DNA of 63,302 nt, filler included, from Globobulimina sp. (GCA_003354225.1; 40 parts of 40 records of this genome joined end to end with filler, not necessarily neighbours in it); one strand, 5' to 3'. Counted from the first letter of the whole stretch, positions 47,463 through 59,341 are shown. A program made the numbers and translations. Notes: generated by a model from the sequence alone, not told the origin.

Positions 47463-48220
47463 NNNNNNNNNNNNNNNNNNNNNNNNNNNNNNNNNNNNNN
47501 NNNNNNTTAATTAATTAANNNNNNNNNNNNNNNNNNNNNNNNNNNNNNNNNNNNNNNNNNNNATTCATGCCGTCGATAATTAGGCCAACCACTTAGTAAT
47601 ATTTGCGTGTTCTTTCTGTGCCGCAATAACTGCATAACCAGCCATTATACGACGTATTCCTCCATCTCTTTCCATCACACCACAATACAATAAATAATAT
47701 CATTCATTCATTCCTTTATTGTTATTTTATCAAAACAAAACATCAAAACAAGAATATATATATTACTTAAATATTACATACATTTCATGTTTGTTTGTGT
47801 GTGAATGTCACACAATTCCATTGCGTTTACCTGGTACGCAGTCATGATGAAAAATGTAGATGTGTAAAAATGGTTTTTTAATTACCACTTTAAACATCTC
47901 GACATCTCAATGTCATCATGCTGCCACTACAACAGCATCGAATTCATTGAATGAAACTATTGGATGAATTATTGAATGAACCATATGCATTGAATCTCAT
48001 CTCATTGCAAACATTATATGTTCACATAGCTCAAATAGAGCAATGTTTTTAACATGATACAGGTTTAAATCCTGTTGTGGACACTTTTGTGCTGCGGCAC
48101 CATAGGTTTGTACATCTATTATTTATTACATAAAACAAACAAAATATTTATTACATAAATTATATCATTTATCCTCGCACACAATTTTCTGTGCAAGGAT
48201 AAAATGTTTGATAATTTTAA

Positions 48221-49046
48221 TTTGTGTTTGATTGTAATCAAATGAATGTATTTGATTTTTTGTTTGATTTTTTGTTTGATTTATTGTTGATTTTTTGTTT
48301 TGATTTATTGTTGATTTTTTGTTCATTTTTTTGTTTGATTTATTGTTGTAATTTTTATGTTCATTTTTTGTTTGATTTATTGTTCATTTTTGTGTTTGAT
48401 TGTAATCAAATGAATGTATTTGATTTTTTGTTATTTTTGTTTGATTTTTTGTTGTAATTTTTATTATTTTATGTGTTCTTTTGTGATATTATTTTGTTAC
48501 TTTTTGTTGTTGCATACATTTTTTTAGTATTTGCAAGGTGCCGTTTTCAACAAACGTTTAGACAAAAAAAAATCTAACATCCGCTATGTGTCACCTGCCA
48601 AAAGTTCTTCACTCAGTGAATTGCAAAAACTAAACGATAACTCCCTTCGTCGATAAGTTGTATACATTTTATCAGAAACGCTTTGCAAAGTCAGAACAAA
48701 TTTATATTTGAATTTTCTGTATAGAAAAGGGGAGGGGGGCTTATACAAACAGGAGGGTTAAATAAAAACGTTTGGCAGCTGACACACAGTATATTTGATG
48801 TAAAAGTTGCGAACATAGTAACTTTTGCACCGGACTTTGTATAACAAAACAATAAATATGCACACAAAAAGAAGCAAAATATTATCACACAAAAAAAAAG
48901 AACACACAAAATAATAAAAATTACAACAAAAAATCAAACAAAAATCAAACAACAATCAAACAAAAATAACAAAAAATCAAATACATTCATTTGATCAAAA
49001 TCAAACACAAAAATGAAAATAAAAATTACAACAATAAATCAAACAA
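48221..49046. repeat. Foldback-type element with internally repetitive inverted arms
   Basis: T/G-rich arm (~48221-48520, subrepeats TTTGATT and ATCAAATGAATGTATTTGATTTTTTG) is mirrored by ~48850-49046 around a ~330-bp core. Confidence 0.8.
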
Positions 49047-49225
49047 NNNNNNNNNNNNNNNNNNNNNNNNNNNNNNNNNNNNNNNNNNNNTTAATTAATT
49101 AANNNNNNNNNNNNNNNNNNNNNNNNNNNNNNNNNNNNNNNNNNNNAAAATAGGTTAAATATTAAAAGTTTCAATGTTAGTATTTCACGACAAAGTTTTT
49201 TTAGTTAAAGGCTTGACAGCCGTTA

Positions 49226-50550
49226 GGGGTCGTGTCAAAAAGGCACCCAAAAACTGTGGATAGATTCTGTTTAGAGCCGCGCAAACTGTTGCCAAATTAT
49301 TGCCAAATTGCGCTCCACTCTAGCCTCAAATGTGCAGTAGCTATCCATCATCTATGACATATGTTATTGTAGAAGGGAAACTGTGATGTAACGCATCTGT
49401 CTCTGTCTTTTACTGAGGATGGCTGGGCCGATCGGTCACTACTAGCTTAGCTTACCAACTTTGACCACAGGTCAACGGGCCTGTCCAACCCCGTTAAATT
49501 TCTTTATTAAAGACTGTGAGCTGAGGTCATTCTATTCTTAGTCAGTCTACACTATATATGTATGTACTAATCTTATATGTACACACACATCGTCTAAATG
49601 CCTCTAGCTTGTCAGATATTCACACAAATCGGCTAAAAACACCATATTTGACCTTGTAAAATAGAGATTTAGGAATTGTTTTTCATGTTCGTTCACTCGT
49701 ACTCCTCTCTGTCTGCATTTGTGTGACGTTAACATTTGAAGTTGAGCCCTCTGACACCATCGAAAATGTCCGTAAATAGTCCAGATCTGTATATCGACTT
49801 GATGAGCGACGAAATGCGAAAAATAAGTGAAGAAAAAGATGTTTATTTACGCTTCTCAGCGGCCTTGTAACCCAATGATGTGACGAATTTGTTTACAAAT
49901 TACAGTAGGTACTAACTCCAAGAACCGACCATGATAAGAGGGACGACCTCGTGTCTCTATGGATTGAGGCAAAATTGGTGACTGATCGGGTTTGGGAGAA
50001 CAAAGTAACCTTTCAGGTGTGCAGCCGGACTTTATAAATAACGTTATACTATTTGGGGACAAAATTTTCGGGTTAGGAATATTCTCAAACAATTTTTCGG
50101 GAGTCGAACCAGTCCGATTTAACCAATTCAAATCGCCAGACATTTTACAAACAAATTGACCGACTAACAGGTCGACAGCGAAAAAAGTAGACGAGAAAGG
50201 AACAAACGAGAAATCTATTGCTAATGCTAAACATGTGGCGAGCAGAAATTATTCTAAAATCGGCTTTTATGATCTTGTCAGCGGCCTATTATGATCCTAT
50301 AGCTTTGCACCAGTAGTAACAGTTGGCTTCTGGGCGATCCCTGGTCTTTCGTATACATCATATTGTTACTTAACTCCTGTCAAATGCCCCCAAGTTTGTC
50401 ACTCACACATTGCGTGTCAGCTGTTTGACCCTCTCGCGGAGCACAATTTGCGAAGAATCTATGCGCAATTTGGATGCGCAGTTTGTTGGCAAATGCACAA
50501 TTTGCGCGCAGTCTATACACAGTTTTTGGGTGCCTTTTTGACACGACCCC
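49226..50550. mobile_element. Non-autonomous PIF/Harbinger-type DNA transposon, 1325 bp
   Basis: Perfect 33-bp TIR GGGGTCGTGTCAAAAAGGCACCCAAAAACTGTG; TTA direct repeat at 49223-49225 and 50551-50553; no transposase ORF. Confidence 0.88.
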
Positions 50551-50730
50551 TTAGTATCTTGCGACAAGAAAATGTTATAAAAGAATTTACTGATACAAAC
50601 AATCCAATACCAATACAAGTGACCAGTGGTNNNNNNNNNNNNNNNNNNNNNNNNNNNNNNNNNNNNNNNNNNNNTTAATTAATTAANNNNNNNNNNNNNN
50701 NNNNNNNNNNNNNNNNNNNNNNNNNNNNNN

Positions 50731-51723
50731 TTTTTTAAATCGTGACCACTGTTTCAAATGTTGTGTGGCAATAACGGCATTATAATGTGGCATGCCTGGA
50801 AATAAATGGTGCACGACATGCGAATCATTAATGTGATGAAAAACATAGTTAAAAAAAAACCCGTAATCGCGATCAATGGTTTCAAATACTCCTCTCAACC
50901 AAGTCCATTCTTGAGATGTATATTTGGATGAATCCCAATCCGAATGTTGTAAATATGTAATTGTTACTATCCAATGATTTAGCCATAAATAAGGAACAAA
51001 ATAATAAAGAAATAAATTGCTGACACCAATCATTTGATATATTTTAAATAAACAACAACACCAAAATAAAAGTCCGACATCAGTTAGCAATACCCATTTT
51101 GACATACGTTTCAAAAAATAAGGACTGAATGGATTGAAATGAGATACAAATGCAATATTATCGTGTTTTGGAGGTCCTGTGACATCAAATAATAAATAGA
51201 TTGGCCAACCCAGTATACGCGACATTAATAGTTCCAAAAATACATAGTGTTTTCGCTTTGTCTGTGCACCACAATTAATATTGCAATCAGCAATACGTGG
51301 ATTGTGTACAGTATCACGTTCCAAATTATTTATTCCTGAATGATGCATTTTGTGACTTTGTTGCCAGGAAAAGTACGGCGTCAATAATATTGAATGAATA
51401 ATAAAACCAAAAACATTATTCAAACGTTTGTTTGTAGTAAAGGCGTGATGACCACACTCATGACCGATAACCCACAAACCAACAAAAAATGTACCTTGGA
51501 TAAAAGACCACAAAAACCATAACAGTATTCTCAATCCAATAAATGAAATGTAATTTGCAGTTATAAATGTTGATAAATAAAACATAATCATTATGATAGC
51601 GATGTCATGAAATAGCCAACACAATGATTTTGTCCAAGACCTTTCAAATAAATGTTCCGGAAGGTATTTGCGAATGTCGCTTAATTTTATTCCAAATTCT
51701 ACTTCATTGTTGTTTAATTCCAT
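50731..51723 (-). CDS. Delta-12/omega-6 fatty acid desaturase (FAD2-like), 3'-partial
   Basis: His boxes HECGH, HKMHH, HVVHH; ITYLQH, T+DRDYG, MPHYNA..AT. Confidence 0.95.
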
Positions 51724-52314
51724 GGCTTTGTAAAATTTGATTTTCGCTTTTATAAATAAAGCAATATCATAATTCCGTTAATATTAGAATTTGTAGCTGA
51801 CTGGCTGTATCATAACCAATCAATCAATTGTTTTACAGTACTTTTCGTGCTCATGTTTTACTTGAGAAAAACATTCATGACCATGTTTTGCATGGCAACC
51901 AAATGCTTGGATACATCATATGGTCAACATTAGTCAAATGTGGTTGGTCGACATTCAATGCAAGTGTAGTTGGTCTACATTCCGTTCTAAAATGCTTCTT
52001 ATAGACAATGAAATGCATTGAAATGCTTTAATTTGCAATTGTTTCTGATTCAAATTCACTGGCATTAATGTAGTGGACATGTGTTCAAATTCACTGACAT
52101 GTGCTATATGGCCTGGACGCGGATCTATTTATGTTAGGTTTGGCAACGCACGAAATTTATTTCACGATCTTGCGCGAAGAGGTTTTATTCGGCAAAAACG
52201 CGCCGTGCCACAACNNNNNNNNNNNNNNNNNNNNNNNNNNNNNNNNNNNNNNNNNNNNTTAATTAATTAANNNNNNNNNNNNNNNNNNNNNNNNNNNNNN
52301 NNNNNNNNNNNNNN

Positions 52315-52735
52315 CATCTCCATCTCGTTTGCTTGCAAAATAAATGTCTGTCTTATGTCTGTCCGAATTATAATGGAATTTAATAAACACTGTTTCCTTT
52401 TCCGTGGCACAAAAATCTAAGTTTGAGGAATGCTTAAACCAATTGCTGTCATTGCCAAATTGCCCAATATTGCCATTCAGCGCATAGCTATTTTTCGTAG
52501 TTCCAATGCATTTATCCAAATAATAATATTCCTGAATAATATTGACAACATCCATATTTTTAACTGAATCGTCCAGCACTATACATCCAACAAAGTAAGA
52601 AGCATTTTGCGGACATTCAATCAGCGTGAAAGTAATAATAATTTCTTCGTCATAAATTGGTTTAATTGGATCGTTTACCCATTCAAATATAATATCCCTC
52701 GTTCCAAATGTCACATACTTCCATCCCATGTACAT
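52315..52735 (-). CDS. Hypothetical beta-rich (SPRY-like) protein fragment
   Basis: W..+TFG, YF+G.+, NSYAL pattern; weak. Confidence 0.35.
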
Positions 52736-53030
52736 TGTATCAAATTCAATAACATTTGGTTTATCTGATAAAAATATATCTGATGTATCTGAAATAGTAA
52801 TAAATCTTAAAAATAAACAACAATACTTATGAATCTTTCAATCTCCATAGTCAGTCATCCGTCAGATCAATCATATCCAGAAACATCTGATCCTTCTGTC
52901 TATTATCAATCTGTAATAATGGATGTAAGCAATATGCATACATCAATCGGTTATAATATCGTATTTTATTCAATTTGCGTAACGTATTTTTGTCAAAAAA
53001 TGGCTTATATGCTAAATATTGCTAATACAG

Positions 53031-53223
53031 TATGATTAGATAATATATATATTAGCTTTAATCATATGGTGGACCTGTCAAGGGATCATATATAATCATA
53101 TATAATCATATAATAATATATATATTATCATATATTATCATATATATTATTATATGATTATATATGATCCCTTGACAGGTCCACCATATGATTAAACTAA
53201 TATATATATATTATCTAATCATA
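53031..53223. repeat. 193-bp near-perfect palindrome (hairpin MITE-like)
   Basis: TTTAATCATATGGTGGACCTGTCAAGGGATCATATATAATCATA is mirrored exactly; TA-rich centre and ends. Confidence 0.92.
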
Positions 53224-54174
53224 TGCGTACCTCTTATCCGGAACATTACTGTATTTGATTGTTTAAAGCTAGCGTTTTATTCAGGCGCTCTTCACAGTCT
53301 TCACGTTGCTGTTTATTGACAATATCATCAATATGGGGAATTTCAACCAATTTAGAATCAGTTATATCGGATTCCTGATTGGCTGGCAATCTGTTTCTAA
53401 TACGCGTTGACCTTCGACGCGTTTCTGACTTGTTTTGTGTTTTATTTTGTGTTTGTTGTTTATTTGGTTGTTTTGGTTTATTTGGGTGTGCTGTATGTTG
53501 TGGTTTTATTTTTATTTTTCGTGTCGCGAAGACTCGCCACTCTTGAAGTTTTTGTATACGTAAAAGTTCATCAGCCAAAAAACCACTTCTTTCGTCCTTT
53601 CGCCAAAAGAGGTGGCAATAATCCACACATTTTAAAAGGCTGCAGTTTTTTTAGTTAGTTAGAAAGATAAATTATACATTATTTTGTGTGCGACAACCTG
53701 CAGCATTACTTTTTGTTGTTTGAGGATGGAAACGGTTGGAATGATTTTGTTTGCAATATTCTCAAACACTCTCACAAATTGCAAATCATCTCCATCTCNN
53801 NNNNNNNNNNNNNNNNNNNNNNNNNNNNNNNNNNNNNNNNNNTTAATTAATTAANNNNNNNNNNNNNNNNNNNNNNNNNNNNNNNNNNNNNNNNNNNNTA
53901 TATATCTTGTTTTGTAATGAAATATTTCTCCCTCTAAATTTTAGAACAATCCTCCCCTAATATAATTTATTATGTTAATTATTTTTGCCAGATCAGATGT
54001 AATCATATATAAAAAAACCAACACCTAACGCTAGAAGCGCATTAAAGTAGTCATTTCGAGATAAATTACACTTGTATAATTTCAAATTTTTACATGTTCA
54101 AAAACTTTAGGGATTTGTGGAAGATTTACATGTTCAAAAACTACAAATATGTTTTATGATTGCTGAATACGCAG

Positions 54175-54244
54175 AAGAGCATCCGGTTGCCTTTGTTTCT
54201 CAGAAACAATAAAAATGGTGACGCTGAAAACCGCGGATGCTCTT
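54175..54244. mobile_element. MITE family B, 70 bp, 11-bp TIR AAGAGCATCCG
   Basis: AAGAGCATCCG...CGGATGCTCTT; internal palindrome TTGTTTCTCAGAAACAA; second copy at 39484. Confidence 0.75.
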
Positions 54245-54316
54245 TGTCGTCTACAGTGCATTGTGTTAATTAAAAAAAAGATAATAAAATAACATAAAAA
54301 ACAGTAATATCATCGA

Positions 54317-55225
54317 TCAATAATCCTTATACTTTGAATGTTGATAGACAAACTTTTGATTTCCAACACAATAATTTCTATTACAGCTGGGACATTTATG
54401 CCTTTTCCAATTTTTACAACAATACACATACATTAACTGTACCATGTACGTAAATTCACGCGAAAAACGTTGATTTTGTTCCCATTCCCAGTCGTTTAAA
54501 CAAATGAAATGAAATCTATGTCCACATCGTAATATTATTTCTTCTTTGCGTGACTCAAATACTTCATAACAAATTGCGCAGATTTGTTGTTGTGTATATT
54601 TCGATGACAAATGAATGGCCCTACTTTTCCATATACATTTTTCCGAAGTTGTAGCAGATTCATAATGCATTATCGCATATATTATCACAAATATAAATAT
54701 CACCACAATCAATTTCCACACACAATTATATTTCCCGCTGGTTTGATATTTTAGTAAATACTGTGACCCATTTGCTTGAATTGAACAATTTTCATATTTC
54801 CCTGCCTTTTCTTGATAATTAATACAATGTTTCTTAAATTTACAATCCGTTCCTTCCACACAACTCTCGTTCTCAATGTAAATAAATGCTTTTGGCGCAT
54901 CGAGATTAAATGATGGGATATGCGAATTCATTATGGTTTGAGGCAACTGCGACTGCCATTTTTTCATTTTATCCGCAAAATCAGATAGATTGTCACTGTA
55001 AATGTTCCACTCAGATTTAATATTTTTGATTTTCAGCTCACTTTGTTTTCTCATTTGTTTTGGTCGCGAATCGGTTGATTTGTCACTAGTTTCATAATTT
55101 GTATTTGTATGGTTGGTGTTGGTGTCATTCGATATGATTTCACATTTTGTCCATTGTAGTGAATTTATATTCGATTCGTAATAAATACAGTGATTACATT
55201 CTTTGGTTCCATTATTGCTGCACAC
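54317..55225 (-). CDS. TM plus RING-H2 protein
   Basis: One hydrophobic helix then CAIC...LRCGHRFH..CL..W...CPSC. Confidence 0.8.
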   Translation of the reverse strand: MCSNNGTKECNHCIYYESNINSLQWTKCEIISNDTNTNHTNTNYETSDKSTDSRPKQMRKQSELKIKNIKSEWNIYSDNLSDFADKMKKWQSQLPQTIMNSHIPSFNLDAPKAFIYIENESCVEGTDCKFKKHCINYQEKAGKYENCSIQANGSQYLLKYQTSGKYNCVWKLIVVIFIFVIIYAIMHYESATTSEKCIWKSRAIHLSSKYTQQQICAICYEVFESRKEEIILRCGHRFHFICLNDWEWEQNQRFSREFTYMVQLMYVYCCKNWKRHKCPSCNRNYCVGNQKFVYQHSKYKDY

Positions 55226-55482
55226 ATATGTCTCGTGTACTATTTCTTGATTATTGTGGATGTTGTCAACGTTATTTATTTTTTGATTATCTGTGAACGA
55301 GGCATTACTTTCTTGATCAGTTTGTTGTTTGATTTTGAAATAATATTTAATACAAATGCTGTTTTGCAGCAGGTTAAAATTANNNNNNNNNNNNNNNNNN
55401 NNNNNNNNNNNNNNNNNNNNNNNNNNTTAATTAATTAANNNNNNNNNNNNNNNNNNNNNNNNNNNNNNNNNNNNNNNNNNNN

Positions 55483-55981
55483 CTGCTTTAAAACAGCATT
55501 GAGAAGTCCATGCCCACAGTTCCTGAATGCAGGCGATAAATCCAATAGATACAGCAATAATCAACATGAGACGAAATACTTTTTTGAATTCACTGAATTC
55601 CCTGAAAAAGGCAGCATAAATAAAGATAACAAGGAAATTTCTTATGTAATCCATAGTACCGATAGCAGTTAAATATATAGGATTGCCGTTTACAATACCG
55701 GATATTAGCCCTATAATGCATATTAAGCCTAATGGAAACAGCAACACAAAATACAGCCAATCTCGTATTTCCTTGTTTCTGAGGAACTCTATTATAGCAA
55801 GGGGGAGAAATACAAGAATCGTAATCTCATCAAGATACCGTACAAAAACTAATAGTCCCTTGTTCCACATTATTTCGCTATTGGCAATTCTCTGCTGAAA
55901 AGGCAAAAAAAGAAGCATCCCTGTAAGCCAACACTTTACTAAACCAATGTAAGTTACATAACTTAGTATATTTTTATTCAT
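55483..55981 (-). CDS. Bacterial polysaccharide-locus membrane protein (Wzy/O-antigen-ligase-like), 3'-partial
   Basis: Multi-TM, YLDE motif, intronless, 65 nt downstream of a GT4 gene on the same strand. Confidence 0.6.
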
Positions 55982-56046
55982 GGACTATAGAAACATATTA
56001 TGAATTCAATTAGGGTGTAATTAGGAGACTAAGTGGTGAAAATGCT

Positions 56047-56964
56047 TTACTGACAAATTTCATTGTAAATTTTGATAATATTGCCATAATGCTTATCAAT
56101 ATTTATTTCTTTTTCTATATAATCTTTGGCATTACTACCCATTCTTAATACTTCATCAGGGTTATTCAACAAGTACTGAATCTTTTCAGTCAAGTCATCA
56201 ACATTCCCCATTTCAAATGTCAGGCCGGTTTCATTCACCTTGATAAACTCAGGAATACCGCCTATTCTCGAACCAATAACAGGTTTTCCGCAAGCATATG
56301 CCTCAAACATGACAAGTCCGGTAACCTCATACCATTCTGAAGGAATAACAAGAAACTTACTGTTAGCTAAAAGTTCCGACACTTCATCACGGTTTCTATG
56401 TCCTAAAAATTCAACACTTTCACTCACATTTTTCAATTTTGCATACTGTACCAGCTTGTCATGCAATGGACCATTGCCAACAACTTTCAGTTTGCATGAA
56501 ACTATATTAGCCACTGCATCAATAAGAGTCGCTAGCCCCTTCTCTTCCGTTAATCTACCAACATAAATCAAATAATCACTAGAAGTGTTTTCGACGTTGT
56601 GGCAATTATAATTGATAATATAATTGAGCTGTCTGAGTTTCCCTTCATCAAATCCATATTCAATGAATTTATTTTTTGAAAATTTACTCGGAGCGATATA
56701 TATATTCACAAAATGATCTATCCTCATAATATTATGTATTATGATCTCAATTGATGACATCAGACTTGCTGCTATGGAACCTTTTTTACATCTCATCAGG
56801 GGGGGCCAATAATATTTATGTTTTTTGCATTTTTCGCAAATTTTACCTTGTGACAAAAAAGTAATGTTTGGACAGATAAGCTGGTAGTCATGCAGCGTCC
56901 AAACAACTGGAATGTTATGCTTTTTTAAAGAATAGAGTATTGAAGGAGTTATATGGTGATGGAT
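56047..56964 (-). CDS. Bacterial GT4 glycosyltransferase (5'-partial)
   Basis: IPVVWTLHDY.LICPN, YVGRL.EEKG, PSEWYE....+.EA.A.GKPVIGS.IGGIPE. Confidence 0.95.
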   Translation of the reverse strand: MHHHITPSILYSLKKHNIPVVWTLHDYQLICPNITFLSQGKICEKCKKHKYYWPPLMRCKKGSIAASLMSSIEIIIHNIMRIDHFVNIYIAPSKFSKNKFIEYGFDEGKLRQLNYIINYNCHNVENTSSDYLIYVGRLTEEKGLATLIDAVANIVSCKLKVVGNGPLHDKLVQYAKLKNVSESVEFLGHRNRDEVSELLANSKFLVIPSEWYEVTGLVMFEAYACGKPVIGSRIGGIPEFIKVNETGLTFEMGNVDDLTEKIQYLLNNPDEVLRMGSNAKDYIEKEINIDKHYGNIIKIYNEICQ

Positions 56965-57066
56965 ATNNNNNNNNNNNNNNNNNNNNNNNNNNNNNNNNNN
57001 NNNNNNNNNNTTAATTAATTAANNNNNNNNNNNNNNNNNNNNNNNNNNNNNNNNNNNNNNNNNNNN

Positions 57067-57327
57067 AATAAAGAGAAAAGATTTGAATGTGATATTTGTC
57101 ACAAACAATTTTATAATAAAGGTAATTGGAGAACACATTATCGAATACATACAGGTGAAAAACCATATAAATGTGATATTTGTGAGAAAGCATTCAATCA
57201 AAAAAGTAGTCTTTCAAGGCATAAATCAACCCACAAAGGAGTGGACCAACACAAATGCTCAAAATGTCATAAAACTTTTGCAACCAAAAAAGACAGAAAA
57301 AAACATAAAAAAAAATGTAAAAAATAG
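57067..57327 (+). CDS. Kruppel-type C2H2 zinc-finger protein C-terminus (missing from the ORF track)
   Basis: Hand translation FECDICHKQF..KGNWRTHYRIHTGEKPYKCDICEKAFNQKSSLSRHKSTH...CSKC...H...C*. Confidence 0.92.
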   Translation, partial: NKEKRFECDICHKQFYNKGNWRTHYRIHTGEKPYKCDICEKAFNQKSSLSRHKSTHKGVDQHKCSKCHKTFATKKDRKKHKKKCKK

Positions 57328-57353
57328 TTATAATTATCCTCGCACACAAATAC

Positions 57354-57565
57354 ATTTAACTTTTTTGGCTTAGTTTCGTTTCTTTTCATTTCAACGATTG
57401 GCAAGGTTTTTGGGTTAGCTAGAGTCGTTTTCAACTTCGAATACTAGGATTACTAGGTCAGCGCATACTAGGTCAACTTCGAATACTAGGTTGAAAACCA
57501 CTGTACGTAGCTAACCCAAAAACTTCGCTAATCGTTGAAACGAAACTAAGTCAAAAAAGTTAAAT
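57354..57565. mobile_element. MITE family A, ~212 bp with ~80-bp imperfect inverted arms
   Basis: ATTTAACTTTTTTGGCTTAGTTTCG..TTCAACGATT..GGGTTAGCTA..TTTTCAAC mirrored on the right; core of TACTAGG repeats; fragments in two other contigs. Confidence 0.88.
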
Positions 57566-57578
57566 ATAGTTCTTCAGT

Positions 57579-58550
57579 CTATGCATGACACCATGGTCCA
57601 GTAAATCCATTGTATTTATTTTCAACCATATAACAATGACAAAGATCATTTGCTGTGCAAAATTCGCCGCCAATGTTATTTGGACATAAATTATACAGAG
57701 TATCATTATTAACATAATATCCTTTAATTAATTGATTTAAAGTATTATTCATTTCTTGCACCATATTTGGATATTGATTTGCTAGGTCAATATGTTCCGT
57801 ATAATCATCAACAACATCAAATAAGCATCCTTTTGAACAATCCATTGATGTGCCAACAATTGAACCCCCCTTCGACATAGAAGATGTATTTGGGTAAAAC
57901 ATTCCGCCCCATGATGCTTGATCAACTTTATCATAATAAATAAGCTTATAATCACCGACAATTACTGTTGATGTATCAATTGGTAATAATACACGCGGCG
58001 AGGTTTCATTGCTTCCACTGATTAATGGCCACACATTAAAGCCTTCAACCGGCGGCAAATTATGTTTAGCACCATTTTCATCAAAAGGATCAATACCAAC
58101 CATTGCGCAAAACGTGGTGTACCAATCAGCGACCGCAACCATACCATTTTCGATTTGGCCAATTCGCTTTTTGGGTAAATATCCACCAGAAACAAATGCT
58201 GCCGTTCGGATGCCGCCTTCCCACACACTATGTTTGCCCCCTCTTAATGGGTAATTATTGCCGGAACAGCACGGTAACTGCAATGCGCCCCCATTGTCAC
58301 TCGAGAATATCAACACTGTATTCTCCCATAACGCATTCTGCTTCAATTTGCGTCTTATATTTCCAATAATTGTATCCAATAAAGTCACCATTGACTCATA
58401 AATTGATCTACAACGATAATTTACAGCGTTTCCATTTGAATTATTAAATCCAGGATAAACATATGTGTCTAATGCCGAGCAATTATATGCATCGTTATCA
58501 TATAAACTTAAATATTCATCAGGTATTTGTTGTGGTGCATGGACGATATG
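57579..58550 (-). CDS. Arylsulfatase B-like sulfatase (5'-partial)
   Basis: H.P.Q, FSSDNGG, NNYPLRGGK.S.WEGG+R, DWY.TF, LF++..D..E..DLA. Confidence 0.93.
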   Translation of the reverse strand, partial: HIVHAPQQIPDEYLSLYDNDAYNCSALDTYVYPGFNNSNGNAVNYRCRSIYESMVTLLDTIIGNIRRKLKQNALWENTVLIFSSDNGGALQLPCCSGNNYPLRGGKHSVWEGGIRTAAFVSGGYLPKKRIGQIENGMVAVADWYTTFCAMVGIDPFDENGAKHNLPPVEGFNVWPLISGSNETSPRVLLPIDTSTVIVGDYKLIYYDKVDQASWGGMFYPNTSSMSKGGSIVGTSMDCSKGCLFDVVDDYTEHIDLANQYPNMVQEMNNTLNQLIKGYYVNNDTLYNLCPNNIGGEFCTANDLCHCYMVENKYNGFTGPWCHA

Positions 58551-58711
58551 NNNNNNNNNNNNNNNNNNNNNNNNNNNNNNNNNNNNNNNNNNNNTTAATT
58601 AATTAANNNNNNNNNNNNNNNNNNNNNNNNNNNNNNNNNNNNNNNNNNNNAAAACCTTAAAATGTTCACTAAGAATCCAATCAATTCACTAGATGGGCAA
58701 CTCTTTTAACA

Positions 58712-59134
58712 TTACATTTTTAACCTATTTTCCTTCCTTTTTTTTTTGTGTGAAATTTGTCGATTTAAATGGTGTAATTCCACGGCTTTTTGGTAATGAG
58801 CCAAACCTAATAATGTATAACAACATATTTTTTCCCATAATAACGTATTACTCAATGATTTTCCATTGATATTTGTCATTAAAAATGAAGTCCAAACAAT
58901 GTCCAAACAACCCACTAATTTAATATTATTTGCTTCAAAACCTTCGATGAGTTGCTCTAAAATTGGTAAATATTCGTTTAATATTTTTATAATGTCATCG
59001 GGACGCGATACATCTTTGGCGCATTCATCCAGCAATTTCACTAAAACTGATCTGCTTTCTTGAGCTTTTAATAAAAACGCTGTTAAATATGCTGTTTCTT
59101 CATTTGAATCTAAAACTTTTTGCATTTTTTTCAA
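58712..59134 (-). CDS. BRO1-domain-like N-terminal fragment
   Basis: L.EYLP.L..L, L...WTS.L, L.WE....L.LA pattern; ends abruptly at a repeat terminus. Confidence 0.5.
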   Translation of the reverse strand: MKKMQKVLDSNEETAYLTAFLLKAQESRSVLVKLLDECAKDVSRPDDIIKILNEYLPILEQLIEGFEANNIKLVGCLDIVWTSFLMTNINGKSLSNTLLWEKICCYTLLGLAHYQKAVELHHLNRQISHKKKRKENRLKM

Positions 59135-59341
59135 ATATTTATTCCAATCTCTCGTGCTTTATTAATTTGTTTATTTTATTTATCATTAATTATAAATGCA
59201 TTCATTCATTGTTTACTTAACCGCGGCGTACGAAAATGAAACAACATTATTCCAACGCTCCTCCAACTAAATGATGACTAGATGAGAGTAGATATAAAAA
59301 AACACCCAGCAGTCTGACAGTCAAGTATTAAATTAAATTAA

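Noticed and set aside
48224..48955. Phe/Leu/Cys-rich short ORFs
   Set aside because: They are translations of the foldback element's simple-sequence arms.
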